Part shown: positions 26,101 through 38,030 of the stretch, piece by piece
Numbering within the stretch: position 1 is the first letter of the stretch
How the letters are laid out: every line of letters starts with the position of its first letter
Assembly: GCA_000708835.1 (NCBI GenBank)
Contig: DF236952.1
Span: 248,001-312,000, forward strand
Direction: 5' to 3'
Origin: Klebsormidium nitens
Lineage: Eukaryota; Plantae; Klebsormidiophyceae
DNA: 64,000 bases
Position numbers and translations under genes: made by a program
Notes under the pieces: generated by a model
The model's database searches: none
Told to the model about the DNA's origin: nothing
The model's input: only the letters and a program-made list of their open reading frames with translations

Positions 26101-27900
26101 AAAAGGCGTCCGATTCCTGCGGACGCATCCGTCCGCTGGACGCCAACCCGCAGTGGGAGATGGAGACCATGCCGGACGCCCGCATCATGCCGGACCTCAT
26201 CATGACGGCGAACGGACAGGCGAGTGGTTTCGAAGAATGGGCGGTCGTTTATCCTGGCATCACAGAAGCTAGCACTGGAGTTGGCAGCTTGGAGCGAGTG
26301 AATCCGCGACGAAAGTTTCTGGTTTGATTCCCTAGCGCTTTGATCTTGCGAGACCATTCAAATGGTGCTTGCTGCAGTTAAGGGATGGTTGTAAGATTCG
26401 TCTTCCGAAATGCTCGTTTAGAGACCCCATCGGGGTTCGTCTGCTTTTCTTTCCCAGATCCCGCTTTCGATGTGAATGCGTTTCGTTACGAAGTTTCGCC
26501 CCCCGCTCGATGAATCTTTCGAGATTCCGATCCCTGTTTACCGCAAAGCAGTATTTACCCGCTGACCCCGTCAAGCCGTATCTCGTCCTGCTTGTGAAAG
26601 CTTGATTTCCCCCAAACAGCAGGTCCTAAAGCACGGATGACTGGAGAACGTCGAGCACTCTGTTCTCTCGCAGCTCGAATATGGCGTTAGAGTTTGCAAC
26701 TCCAGGTTTACGTTCAGTCAGTAGTACCTATTTCAATTCCGTTGGGCTTACAGGTGGTCATCGTGAACGGCGCCCGGCAGGGCCGCGCCGGCAACTCCAA
26801 CGGCACCTCATTCGCCCACAACCCGGTCCTCACGCCCGCCCTCTACAACCCCCGGGCGCCGAACGGCACCCGGTTTACTAACCTTAACCCAACCACCATC
26901 GGACGGCTGTATCACTCCCTCGCAACACTGGGCCCCGACGGCGCGATACTGATCGGGGGGAGTGCCCCTTATGATTGCTGCCCCGGGTGCGGGCCCACGT
27001 GCTACGAATCATATGGTTACACGTGTACCAACGCCCCAAACGCGGACTGCTACCCGAGCGAGTACACGATCGAGCGCTTCTTCCCGCCATACTTTTTCAA
27101 CAGCGCCGTGCCACAGCCCGTCATAAGCAGCGCGCCGGCCGGCATCGCGTATGGGCAGGCGTTCAAGGTGGTGTTCCGGGTGCGGTCGGGGCTGACCGCG
27201 CCCGCGGTGCGCGCGGCCATTGTGAACCCGGGCTTCGGTGAGTGTTAACAGGTTTCAGGGGACTAGGGTTCTAGGGTTTTGAGGAAGAAGGCTCTTTTCC
27301 AACGGTTAGTCTGAATCAAAGCGCGCCGTTTGGACAGCGCCCGCTCGGCTGATTGCGCAGGGAAGCCGTTTGGCACGGAGACTTGAAGCGATTGCGACCT
27401 CGAACTGTCTCTTTTGGTAAGAATCATTAGTTCGTCTCATCATCGAGGAACGGGTGGAAGTCAAGAGGACCCTCGAACCAACGTGCTTATTGAAGCCGGC
27501 TCTGGCGAGATGGCCCTTGCAACTCCTCTCCGCAACTAGACTTCAGCTGCGAAGTATACAAAGGCCACGAGCAACGATTGACCCTTCGGTGTTGTTGAAA
27601 ACGGCTCCACTGAGGTGCTGATTAGTGCACCCAAAGAACGGAACGAAGTGCAACCCTGCAAACAGAAAGGTGCCCATCCTAGTTTTTCCCGCTGCAGGCA
27701 CGCACTCTCAGCACATGGGCCACCGCTTCGTCTGGCTGGACATCGACTACGCCAACCTCACCTACTCCAAATCTACCGGTGACGTCACCGCCTCCGTCAC
27801 CGCCCCACCGAGCAACCTCATCGCGCCCCCCGGCTACTATTACCTCTTCTGCCACGAATCCAACATTCCATCGAAGTCCGTGTGGGTGCAGCTGACGTAG
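23157..27900 (+). CDS. Secreted glyoxal oxidase / galactose oxidase-like copper radical oxidase (CAZy AA5-like), paralog 1 (6 exons, ~612 aa)
   Basis: Exons: 23157-23730, 24594-24766, 25298-25484, 26002-26219, 26754-27237, 27698-27900. Intron 4 is GC-AG (CAG|GCGAGT). Hydrophobic N-terminal segment. Active-site motifs: NAFCSGG (cofactor Cys), KRWYPT (cofactor Tyr), RLYHS (Tyr-His ligands), GTHS (His ligand). C-terminal DUF1929-like APPGYYYLF. Confidence 0.92.
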
Positions 27901-28852
27901 GTAGTGCACGAGCTTCGTGGGTGGTTGTCTTGAGGACCTGGGGTGACGTAAGGATGACGTAGGATATTTTTGAACGCAGGAGAAACAGGCTACTTTTTCC
28001 ATATAATAACTATACGTGTTATCTATAAGATGCTGCTGGCTACAGGGAAGGCTGGAGTCCGTTTGGTTGTTGCTGGCGGCGAGGAAATCGTTTCGAGTTG
28101 TGCTCGCAGAACAGGAAAAGTTGGAACAAGTTGGTGTTCTCTTTGACGCTGCAGAATTGCGAACTAAGGAAGGAGTCACCCTCTTCGTAATGAAAAGCGA
28201 CAAGACGCTTCAAACAGAGACGCCGCCACATAGTACGTAGGCACTTTAGTGCAATTTGTGCTTCTTTTGACTCCTATTATTGGCCCATACGTACATGTGA
28301 GAGGCAGCTCCGACGTCGAGGCTCGAAAGCTGAGCTTGGTGGATCGTACGTGTGAACCGCGGTGGCCCTCGGTATGATCCTCGCGTGCAACAATTAGGGT
28401 ATGGTTGATCATGAGATGAACCAAAATCAACAGATCGAGAGAGTTGATGCATCACATGGCGTTATGTCACCAATGCCGCGCATGCACGTGTCTAAACCAT
28501 GCACTACATCTGGGACAACCAAGATGTGGTCCAACTCATTTAAGATTTTAACTTAAGTAAGTTGTACATAGGAGCAGGCACTCCTGCGATCTCGCAAATC
28601 AGTGTAAAGATTGCATGCCATGAGAAACTTATGGTCGCACCGGCGTGAGCTGCCACATGTCCTCACGAAAAGAAGTTATTCTCAACCGACTTTGGCCTCC
28701 TACAGGTTTGCATGAAGACGTTCGTGTTAGGGGCGGTAAAGTACATAAGAACACATTTGCCCAGCGTCGTCAAAACATATTGGTGCACGTGCCTGATCAA
28801 ACATGATCAATTGGACATGCATTGAAAAACAAGTGAGATGTCGAATATGAAA

Positions 28853-28885
28853 CTTGAGGAGCCTTGAGGAGCCTTGAGGAGCCTC
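28853..28885. repeat. Short tandem repeat (CTTGAGGAGC)x3
   Basis: CTTGAGGAGC CTTGAGGAGC CTTGAGGAGC CTC is read directly. Confidence 0.8.
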
Positions 28886-29228
28886 AGAGAATATCGAAAA
28901 GTACATGTGGAGTGTTTATTGGAGTAAATCCGTCTGAAATATCTCTTGGAAAAATGGGTTATTGTCTCGTCCTCTACGACTCGCGCGCAGCCAACCTGCT
29001 TTGCGTTCTAGCTGCAGACTGAAGGCATAGGTACGACTCTAGTACAGACTCTGGCAAGTAACTCATTATGGACTCTCAAGCATACTGGGGTCAACGCGAC
29101 TTCTAAGATCAGCCTACTTCAAATCATCTGGCGACCAAGCGAACCCATTTCGCGCCCCTAAACCTCGCTCGGAATCCATGTTCAACCAACAAATCTTAAC
29201 CCTGCCGTTAGCTAGGTCACGTCATCCT

Positions 29229-32200
29229 TTAGTTGGACTGATAAGTGATGCCCTCACCGCACCCGGTGTCGCTAGTGCCGACAGGGTTCCCGGAGGCTGG
29301 GAACTTCGCCTTGATGGCTTCGATCGCGGCCGACTGGGCGTTGAACGCGACCTGGGTAATGGTTCCGGGAATCCCGCTGGGCAGGAACAGTGCGCTGCCG
29401 ACCCTCTGCGAAAAATTGAGAAAGTGTGAGCCGCACGATAAGCATGCTTCAAAACATCGGACGGTCGAAGACCGTTAGCAGAATGCGACCTGGGTAATGG
29501 TGGTCGGAATGCCGCTGGGCAGTAAAAGCGCGGCGGCTGCCGACTCTCTGCAAATATGAGGAGAGGCGTGAGCCGATGGATTGGNNNNNNNNNNNNNNNN
29601 NNNNNNNNNNNNNNNNNNNNNNNNNNNNNNNNNNNNNNNNNNNNNNNNNNNNNNNNNNNNNNNNNNNNNNNNNNNNNNNNNNNNNNNNNNNNNNNNNNNN
29701 NNNNNNNNNNNNNNNNNNNNNNNNNNNNNNNNNNNNNNNNNNNNNNNNNNNNNNNNNNNNNNNNNNNNNNNNNNNNNNNNNNNNNNNNNNNNNNNNNNNN
29801 NNNNNNNNNNNNNNNNNNNNNNNNNNNNNNNNNNNNNNNNNNNNNNNNNNNNNNNNNNNNNNNNNNNNNNNNNNNNNNNNNNNNNNNNNNNNNNNNNNNN
29901 NNNNNNNNNNNNNNNNNNNNNNNNNNNNNNNNNNNNNNNNNNNNNNNNNNNNNNNNNNNNNNNNNNNNNNNNNNNNNNNNNNNNNNNNNNNNNNNNNNNN
30001 NNNNNNNNNNNNNNNNNNNNNNNNNNNNNNNNNNNNNNNNNNNNNNNNNNNNNNNNNNNNNNNNNNNNNNNNNNNNNNNNNNNNNNNNNNNNNNNNNNNN
30101 NNNNNNNNNNNNNNNNNNNNNNNNNNNNNNNNNGATGGATTGGCACGGTGTTAAACATCGGACGTTCGAAGACCGTTAACCGAGCGACCTGGGTGATGGT
30201 TCCGGGAATGCCGCTGGGCAGGAACAGCGTGCTGCCGACCCTCTGCGAAGACCCAAAGCAAGATGAGCCGTAGGATTAGCACGGTTTTTGACATCGGACG
30301 GTCGAAGGACGTCGAAAACGTAGAAAAGTGTTAGCATTACGACCCGGGAGACGCTGGTGAGGATGCGGAGATCAGGGGAAGAGCTCGCTGCCGACCCTCT
30401 GCGAGGAGGAATACGAGAGCGTGGGCCGGGTAGGACATGTTGGGTTCTTATCGGACGGTTGCGCAGCTCCAAAAGTTGAACGGCGAACAGTGCCAGCGAT
30501 CTGGGAGTTACAAAGCCGGCTGAATCGGCGTTGATGGCAGTGGGGGAAGTGGATCCTTTCAACGCGCTTGAACGAGGCCACTCCTCCGGAACTACTTTAA
30601 TTACTCTCGGAGTCATTCTCAGGTGCTTCTCCTGCTCGAAACTTCTGCAGCAAGCGCTCGACGCCAATGCGCTGCTTTCCCAAGACAGCTACCGGAACGG
30701 ACCAACGGCTTTCTGCTAGTCAACCTTATTCCTTCCCTGACTCCGAGGGACTGGCATACGAACCCCTCCGCCGCTTTCCACACTGGCCGTCCTGCTTGGA
30801 GCTTTGTAACATCAATCCCTGCCATTTGATTCCTTCCAACCCAGCAAGAGCGTAACACGAGGATATACTGCACTACGCATCAAAGCACGCACTGACGGAC
30901 TGTTCTGGCTCCTCAAAACCACGGCGACGTGGCCATGACAAGGATCTGCCTGAAGAGAGTAGACCAACATCCCACACTTTTGGTCACCACAAGCGCACAA
31001 ACCCAAAAGTCTGACCCGGAGTTTGAGGTGGGTTTCCAGGTCTCTGCCTGTTGAACGCTGCGAGCGCGTTGGCTAACCTGCCCGAGCCGGTCCTTTGCTG
31101 GGCGCGAGACATTCCTTAATGTCTTCGAGAGCCATTGTAATCAAAACCCAGAATATATAACCTGGGTTCCCGAGTTCTGGTTGTTGAGCGCCGGAAGCGC
31201 CCTGGCTTTGCTGCTCGGGCTGGTGACTAACTGAGAATGAAAACCCGCAAACGTTGTCAAACCCATAAAATAGAACCCAAAATCGCAAACCCTGGTTTGC
31301 TAACCTGGGTTCCTGGGTTCTGGCTGTTAAGCGCAGCTAGCGCCCTGGCTCCGCTGTTCGAGTTGGTGTTCTGCTGGAAGTGGATCAGACCGCGGGGGAA
31401 GACGAACGCGTCACCCGCGTTCAAAGTGGTCGAGTACAGGGTGTCTGCAGGCAAAGAAAGATAACGTCGGCGGCTCAGGAGGAAGGGTGAGTGACGGCAG
31501 CGAGCATTTGCACTCTCGGAATCCACTTGCTCAATTGAGACGCAACTTTGAGTGGGTATTGTAAGAGTCGATTGGGTGGCGAGACGGAAAAGCGGCGTTT
31601 CACAGCTCAGCGGAGATTCGTTTATGGCTAAGGTCGAATTTTAGAAATCTACAGGGGGAGTAGGCATTTTGTAAAGGCGAGGCTGTGGATTGAGGATGGA
31701 AGGAGATCAGCCAATCGTCTATGCTAATCCTGATCGCACAGTGAAGCTTCTTGCGAAGGTCGGCCCAAAGTTCTATTTTGAGAGCGCTGCTTTCGATTTG
31801 GGAGTGGCTTCGACTGACCCACAGATCCCGAAAGGCTGGCAATTGACACCGGAGCGAGTCCAGGCTGAGCTTGCAGAGTGAAACTCACTGTTGGTGTCAA
31901 CGAAGCCGACGTACAGCTGGCCCTCGATCACGAACAGGAGCTCCGTGGCGCGGGGGTGGGTGTGGATGGGGCTGCACCATAAGGGGAGCAAAGGTCAGAT
32001 AAGTAAAAGTATGTAAGTATAAGTATGTGTATGGTAAAGAAGTTCGTAATATTAAAGTCTGCTCGACAAAGCGCTCCCCTGCTTTCTTCCATGAGACTTG
32101 TGTCTTGCACGTTATTGCTCACCATGAAAACGCGCTCAGTGTGCTTAGGCCTGCTTTGGCAGAAGCTTCAGACACAGCCAGAGAGCTGACGGCAATCACC

Positions 32201-34565
32201 GTAAGTAGTTGCCAAAGTCGTTACGCTTTTCAGAGCAGCAACAGCGGCGCACGGATCGGAGAGACACATGACTTTGAACCCCATAACGTGAAAGATTTCA
32301 TGAGTTTTGTCGGGCTCTGCAAACCGCAATTCACTTACATGCAAAATGAAGAAACAGTGGTGCGCAAAAATAGCTCAAGATGAAGCAGATGAAGGATCGC
32401 AAGAAGGGAAGCAAAGAAAGACTTAGGAGAAAAGAAAACAAGGGACAAGAAATGGATTCAGATGGGTATGACACTGAGCGCTCTTGGAGACAGAAAATCA
32501 CACGCGCGGAAAGAGGAAGTGGTCTAGGAGGAATCGTTGACTCAGGTTGGCCGAAGCACAGAAGAGAGGTGGCTTAAAGCAGAATTAAGCAGTAAAAGTG
32601 GAAAAGATGGACAAGAAGAGGGACGGAAGGTGGGCTCAATCCGGAAGTAGCAGTGGGGACTCATCAAAGAGCCGTGGGTCAGCTCCGGCAGAATGACAAA
32701 GTAGGATTGGGGTGGGTTTAAGAAGGATTCGAGAATACAGATTGAGAAAATTGCATGGATTGAATGCGGAAAACTAAAGATGGAGAAAGGGCTTGTAACT
32801 CACTTCTGGCCGCAAGGTGCGTAGTTGATGTAGGTGTACGAGATACCCTGGGACCTGCAAAAATGGAAGTCCATCTCGGACGTCAGACTCAGACTCAAGC
32901 GAGGTCTCTGCAGCAATTTAAAAACCGTCGCTGATTGTCCAGCACTTTGCAATTGTCCTGTATCGGTCCTTTTCTCTGTGATACTTCATCGTACGTCTTT
33001 CTGGCGCATGCAATCCCAGGATGAAACCCGGCAGAGATCCCACAGCTGAGTCATTGCGCAACAGGAGAAGCATGGGACCCAGAGAAACCGCTGGTCGAGA
33101 GGCAAGTAATCACTTGAGCACCATCGCTCTGAGCTGCTTCTTCGGGTTGCGACAGAGGAGAGCTTCTGCGCTTAAATCTGCATTACAGAGCACAGGAAAG
33201 GCAAGCAGCTTTACAATTAGCCTGCACAACTTAAAACAATTGCAAAGCTGATTGGAGGGCGACCCCTCCCGTACACGGAGTTGCCAAAGAGAACGGAAAG
33301 GTGGCGCCGGCCTTGTGTCCAGCCGCCAGAATCAAATACTGTTTTCTCCCGGTAAGGACTGTAGGAGCGGCTTACGTGAGAGCCGGGAAACTCGCCGCAT
33401 TGGCAGACTTGGCACCGCTCCCCTGGCCGGATGTCACGTTGACGTTGTTCAGACCACGGAAGGCAAAGTTGCCGCCAGTGACTGTAGGAACACAAAAGAG
33501 AGTCCATGTTTCAGAGGACTCACGTGGATACTTGACATGTGCGAACTGAAGAACCTCATGAGTGCTGGAAAAAGCTGGAAGGACCCTTCTTGTGCTCAAT
33601 TTGCGTTCTCAGAAGCTTTGCTGTCAATCAACACTGGAAGGATTGGTAAGATCTGGAAGCCATCTCTTTTCAACGTCTGATACTCAATGATACCCGCAAA
33701 GCAGAACAAATCTGTGTGTATGATTGAGTTGGTTTAGCGGGTAGCTAAAGGTGGGGTTTGCAAGGTGGGGACGTCCAGATAGCCACTAGGCTATCATAAG
33801 GGCACTAGTACACTCATAGCCTGAGAAGGCCTTCAGAGGACTAAGCTAAGCTGAGAGGGCCTGACAGCATTGCCAATTGGTTTGTCAGACGGAGAGCTCC
33901 TTAAAGCCTGGCATTGCATGCATGCGTGGGGGTCTGAAAACGCTCTCCATATCCGCTGCTCACTGCTACTGCTCACAAACAATTTATGCTTAGACAGCAT
34001 TTGTTCTGCTGAAGTACGAATGCCTCATGATCATTTGGTATGAGTTTGCAGCTCAAATCCAAAGTCAGTTGCATAATGCACTTCAGGGGCCATCCCAGTG
34101 TTTTAAGGACAATCAAAAGGGAGCAACCATCTCTCGTCTCCTACACTGAAGAACAAGACCTGACAGCTGTACCACTCTTGCTGGTGGGGGTCCTTAATCC
34201 AAACACTGTTTCGTTGGCATTAACCATGTTCACAAACCAGGACTTTACATTGGGACAGTTCACAATGCAAGCAATGGACGCGACTGAACCAAGAGCACGC
34301 CAGCTCATTTCACGATTACGAGCACGCCACTACATTCCATGATTGACATGCCCAAGTTCAAGTGGCCTCCCGAGAAGTGGGGACACAGAGGGAGAAAAGG
34401 GAAACTTCTAGCGGCAGGGAAGCAGGGAGCTTTCAGTAATGCAGCAATCTTACTGGGGCCATTGGCTGCGGAGAGTACAAAGTCAGCCACCGGGTCCGCA
34501 TCGGACGCGAAAGCGACAACAGCCACCGCCGCCAAGACCAGCATCAACACACCGGCGCGAGCCAT
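29229..34565 (-). CDS. Germin-like protein (cupin, Mn-binding), secreted (6 exons, ~222 aa)
   Basis: Exons: 34565-34454, 33481-33376, 32854-32804, 31971-31889, 31444-31305, 29405-29229. Signal peptide [20 protein letters not shown] followed by SDADPVADF. Germin box 1 [22 protein letters not shown] and box 2 [16 protein letters not shown] carry all four metal ligands (H,H,E,H). [11 protein letters not shown] follows. Confidence 0.92.
29340..30430 (-). repeat. Tandem array of partial copies of the germin terminal exon plus acceptor, interrupted by the gap
   Basis: Acceptor plus AG(G/A)GTCGGCAGC units have their AG at + positions 29406 (true exon), 29548, 30243 and 30399. The spacer motif ACATCGGACG(G/T)TCGAA is repeated. 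GATGGATTGG flanks both sides of the gap. Confidence 0.88.
29585..30133. other. Assembly gap (549 N)
   Basis: Run of N. The four ORF-track entries crossing it are artefacts. Confidence 1.
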
Positions 34566-37500
34566 TGTGCTGGCTAGAGATCTAGGTTGATTGGATGTCT
34601 ACTTGTTTCTTCTGGAGCTGATAGCGGGCAATGTGGTCTTTGAGAGTACCTAGTAGCGAATGTGAGGGGAAGGAGAACGGGTGAGATTGATCAGACCTTG
34701 TTCAGGATTCAGGAAGGTTCAATCTGAGCAAAGTTCGACCTTTCAGGCTTGATCAGCTAGCTACTTCGCGTTCACTGTTCAGCTCCCCTCTCCTGAGTCC
34801 TGGAGGCTGGATTGTGCATGGTTGGCAGACTTCAAAGTTCGAAGTTCAGCCTAGCTGCTGGGAAAGCTACCTACTGTACCTAGATACCGTATCTGCCTGT
34901 ATCCTACGTGGCACCATATGGAGCCAGGAAGAGGATACGATTCGAGGTGACAGATTCTTGTGTCACCGGTTCCTCTGTCATGCTGATGCCGCTGGCGTGT
35001 GCGCTGAGCTTGTGCCCGGTACGAATGCTTGTGCTGTAGGCAGCAGACCATGCAATTTCCTACCGCTTGCCCCGAGCTTTGACTTTTAGATGTTGACATC
35101 TTCGGTATTACTTCCTGTGACGTCACTTTAAATCAAAATATTTTGGCCGTTGCCCGCCATCAATTTTGAATTTCAACGGCATCGAGTGATGATGCGCCGC
35201 CAGTTGAGCTGTTAGCAGCTGTCGATTTGGAGCCAATCTTACGGTCAGGGTCGCCTCAAAGCTTGAAGCCCTAGCGCGCTGCGGCCGGCCCGGCGCAACT
35301 TGAAGTTTGCAGCCGCGCCGGCCTTCTGGCGCCGCGCCCGGCGCAAGTTTGCAGCCTTCTGGCGCCGCGCCGCGCGCCATATGCCTTCCAGGCCCGGCGC
35401 TGCCCGCCAAGCTAGCCGCGCTCAGGCACCTCTCCTTTCTCGCAGGCAACTATAAGCGATACTTGATGTACTGTTGATTCAAGGGGGAAAAAACTGATAA
35501 GTAGGTTGATAATCCAGACGATAAAACGTACGAAGCCGCAACCATATATTGCCCCCTAGTACTAGTACTAGCTGCAAAGAGCTTGTTATGACTACGTCTG
35601 AGCTTACAGCATCACGTCCGGGCCTGCATGTCGAGTTCATTCGACATTCAAAGGTGAATCGCAGCCTTTCTACAGTTCTACCCGCCTTGTTTGATTCATA
35701 AGGCAGTATGCGAGTCGAAGAGCCGGTGGAGTTGATTGATCACCCCACCTCTCCACCTTCAGTATAACCCGCCGTGAGCGATAGCTCTCTTCTTCCGGTG
35801 CTTTTGTATGTGCAAGCGCTGAACCAAACGAACGGATTGACTGGGCCCTCTCAATTGTAAATGCCATCTCACATGTGTTTCGATATTTCATACTCAGTAT
35901 ATCAGGAACCAACGTTGTCTGAGAGAGATTTGCGCAAGAGTGCCAAAGGCACATACGTCGACTGAGTCAAGTTTTCTCTCCCGTTCAATCCTTGAATTGA
36001 ACGAAGAGTCGAGCTAACGTGCGGCACCGTCTGCTATAACAAACAGGATCTAGGAGTCGCTCCCTGTTACTTCTGACAGGCGGCTTCGCTCTTGATTGAC
36101 GTGGAAGACGGGAGTCCAGTCCTTTGTCTTTGAGGAGCGCTGAAAAGTTGGGACCCGGATTCAGTACGGTCTTAAACCGACTTTCAGAACGCTTCTGACT
36201 GAAGAGTCCCCTTTTTAAGAACATGTGCGCTCTATAAATGCACACCAAATCATAAGCACAGTATCGACTGAAAAGTCCCCTTTTTCAGATCGGTGGTGGA
36301 CTTGATCCACCCTGCACATACCGAAAATTGTACTTAAAACCGGGTCTCGATTTACTGGATAGCGAGCAGTGCCCTCATCTGATGATACATATGCCGAAAT
36401 GCTGCTTTGCGTGCTCGGCATGTGCCTGCTTCAATGCGAAACTCAATGAGGAAAGTTCTACTGACGTTCACTTCTTCTTAGAGTCAGGTGTGTTCTCAAC
36501 ACAGCATATGTCCCTAGATTGAGCCCCCACGTCGCGAGTGAGTACTGTCTATGTATGCCAGCCTGCGCCACCTGCTGACGTCTTGAGCCACATGGCGTCA
36601 GACCTTGATTGGACATTGTATACTGCAAGCTCGAGTCAAGAAGCAGTCGTTGCAGAACGACGAAAACTTTTTTCGGACACGTATGCTTTCCGTTTTTCCT
36701 GCTAATCCGAACAGTGCATCGCCTCAGTCGCTTGGTCTTGCTGCAGATTATATTTGAGTACGAAGTTTCCCGCGACAGTGTAGACGTTTACATCAGATAC
36801 TGTACGTCTGACGGTAAGAGCAGCAGGATCGGCGGTCTGCTCGTTGTGGATCGTCCACGATGGAGCTTCGGAGAAAACGAGGCTGCGTTTTCTCGAGGGC
36901 CAAGTCGCCACAAATCTCGATACGTTTCTTCAGGTCAATGAATACGAGCATATCCACTTCATTCTCCTAGGGGTTACGGAAAAGTGTCAAGCCCTACCTT
37001 CCGAAAGTGTCGACCCACCACCTACCTTGGGTCTTCAACTTTTAAACCAGACTTCTCGTATGTGTTATGTAGTCGCTGAGTGCGACCAATCCTAGGTGAA
37101 GTGTCGCGATCCGCTTCTATAAAGCAAAGCAACCAACACAGGAGTTCCGCATTTACAGTGCCCACCTAAGCAACGCCCGCCTTTTCATCAAGCTTTGGGG
37201 TGCAGAACCGGGACGCTTTAGTGCCTCGAACATCACAGAGCCGGTGACATTTTTACCAGCTTATGTTATACATTGCGATCGAGCCCTCTTAAGACGTCGG
37301 CTGGTCGATTTTAACCATTATTCGATTACCTTTGTGTCACTTACAACACCAAGCTGGTTCTACTTTTCTTGGGGGGACTCCCTCTCGCCTCTAACGAAGT
37401 TGGAAAGGACGAAGTCAGGCTACAGAACTCCATCTCCAAGTAACTCCGTAGGATCTGGACTGCGTTTTCCTAGCTTGAAGTCGACGCCTCGGCCTGGGAG

Positions 37501-38030
37501 TTTAAAGTAGCCTCTCGAACGGAAAATTTACTCCACTTACAAAGCTACTCACAAGTCCCTTTTGATAACCTCAAGGACGAATACTGGTTTCAAGAGGCTG
37601 TTGGCTTGTCGTCATTTGCGTCCACCAAATCCATAAAACTCCACGCATTGTCTACATAACGCTCTTGATCGGTGGAGTGCCGCTGTGAAGTGTGCTCACC
37701 ATTATGCTTGGATGGCCCAGCAACGATGTTGTGTCTCGGTGGCGGCCTTCTCTGGTGTGTGAGGAGGCTAGAAAACCGTGGCCAAAAAATCGCCCATCGC
37801 ACACACGCAAAGCAAGTTATCTTGTCAAGCGGCCAAGGCCAGACGCGGTTCTGTGAAGGGGGCGTGAGGTTCTGCTTGGCGCAGAGTGCAATTCTCAGGT
37901 CGCGGCCTACTCTTATGAAGACAGAAGCCGCTTGCTCCTTCCTGGAAGGCTTTGCAGGAGATCATCAAAGTCACTCTCATCCAAAGATGCCCAGCTTCTG
38001 ATCACCGCAATTCTACAAGAGCCCACAAGC

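Noticed and set aside
27260-27285. Telomere-like CTAGGGTT motifs (similar ones near 21880-21945 and 48225-48250)
   Set aside because: Only one or two degenerate units each; not an interstitial telomeric array.
29475-30273. Four long ORFs across the N run
   Set aside because: Artefacts of translating the gap.
36215-36421. RDPVLSTIF peptide faintly resembling retrotransposon pol
   Set aside because: Only a few residues match; no RT, RNase H, integrase or LTR features nearby.
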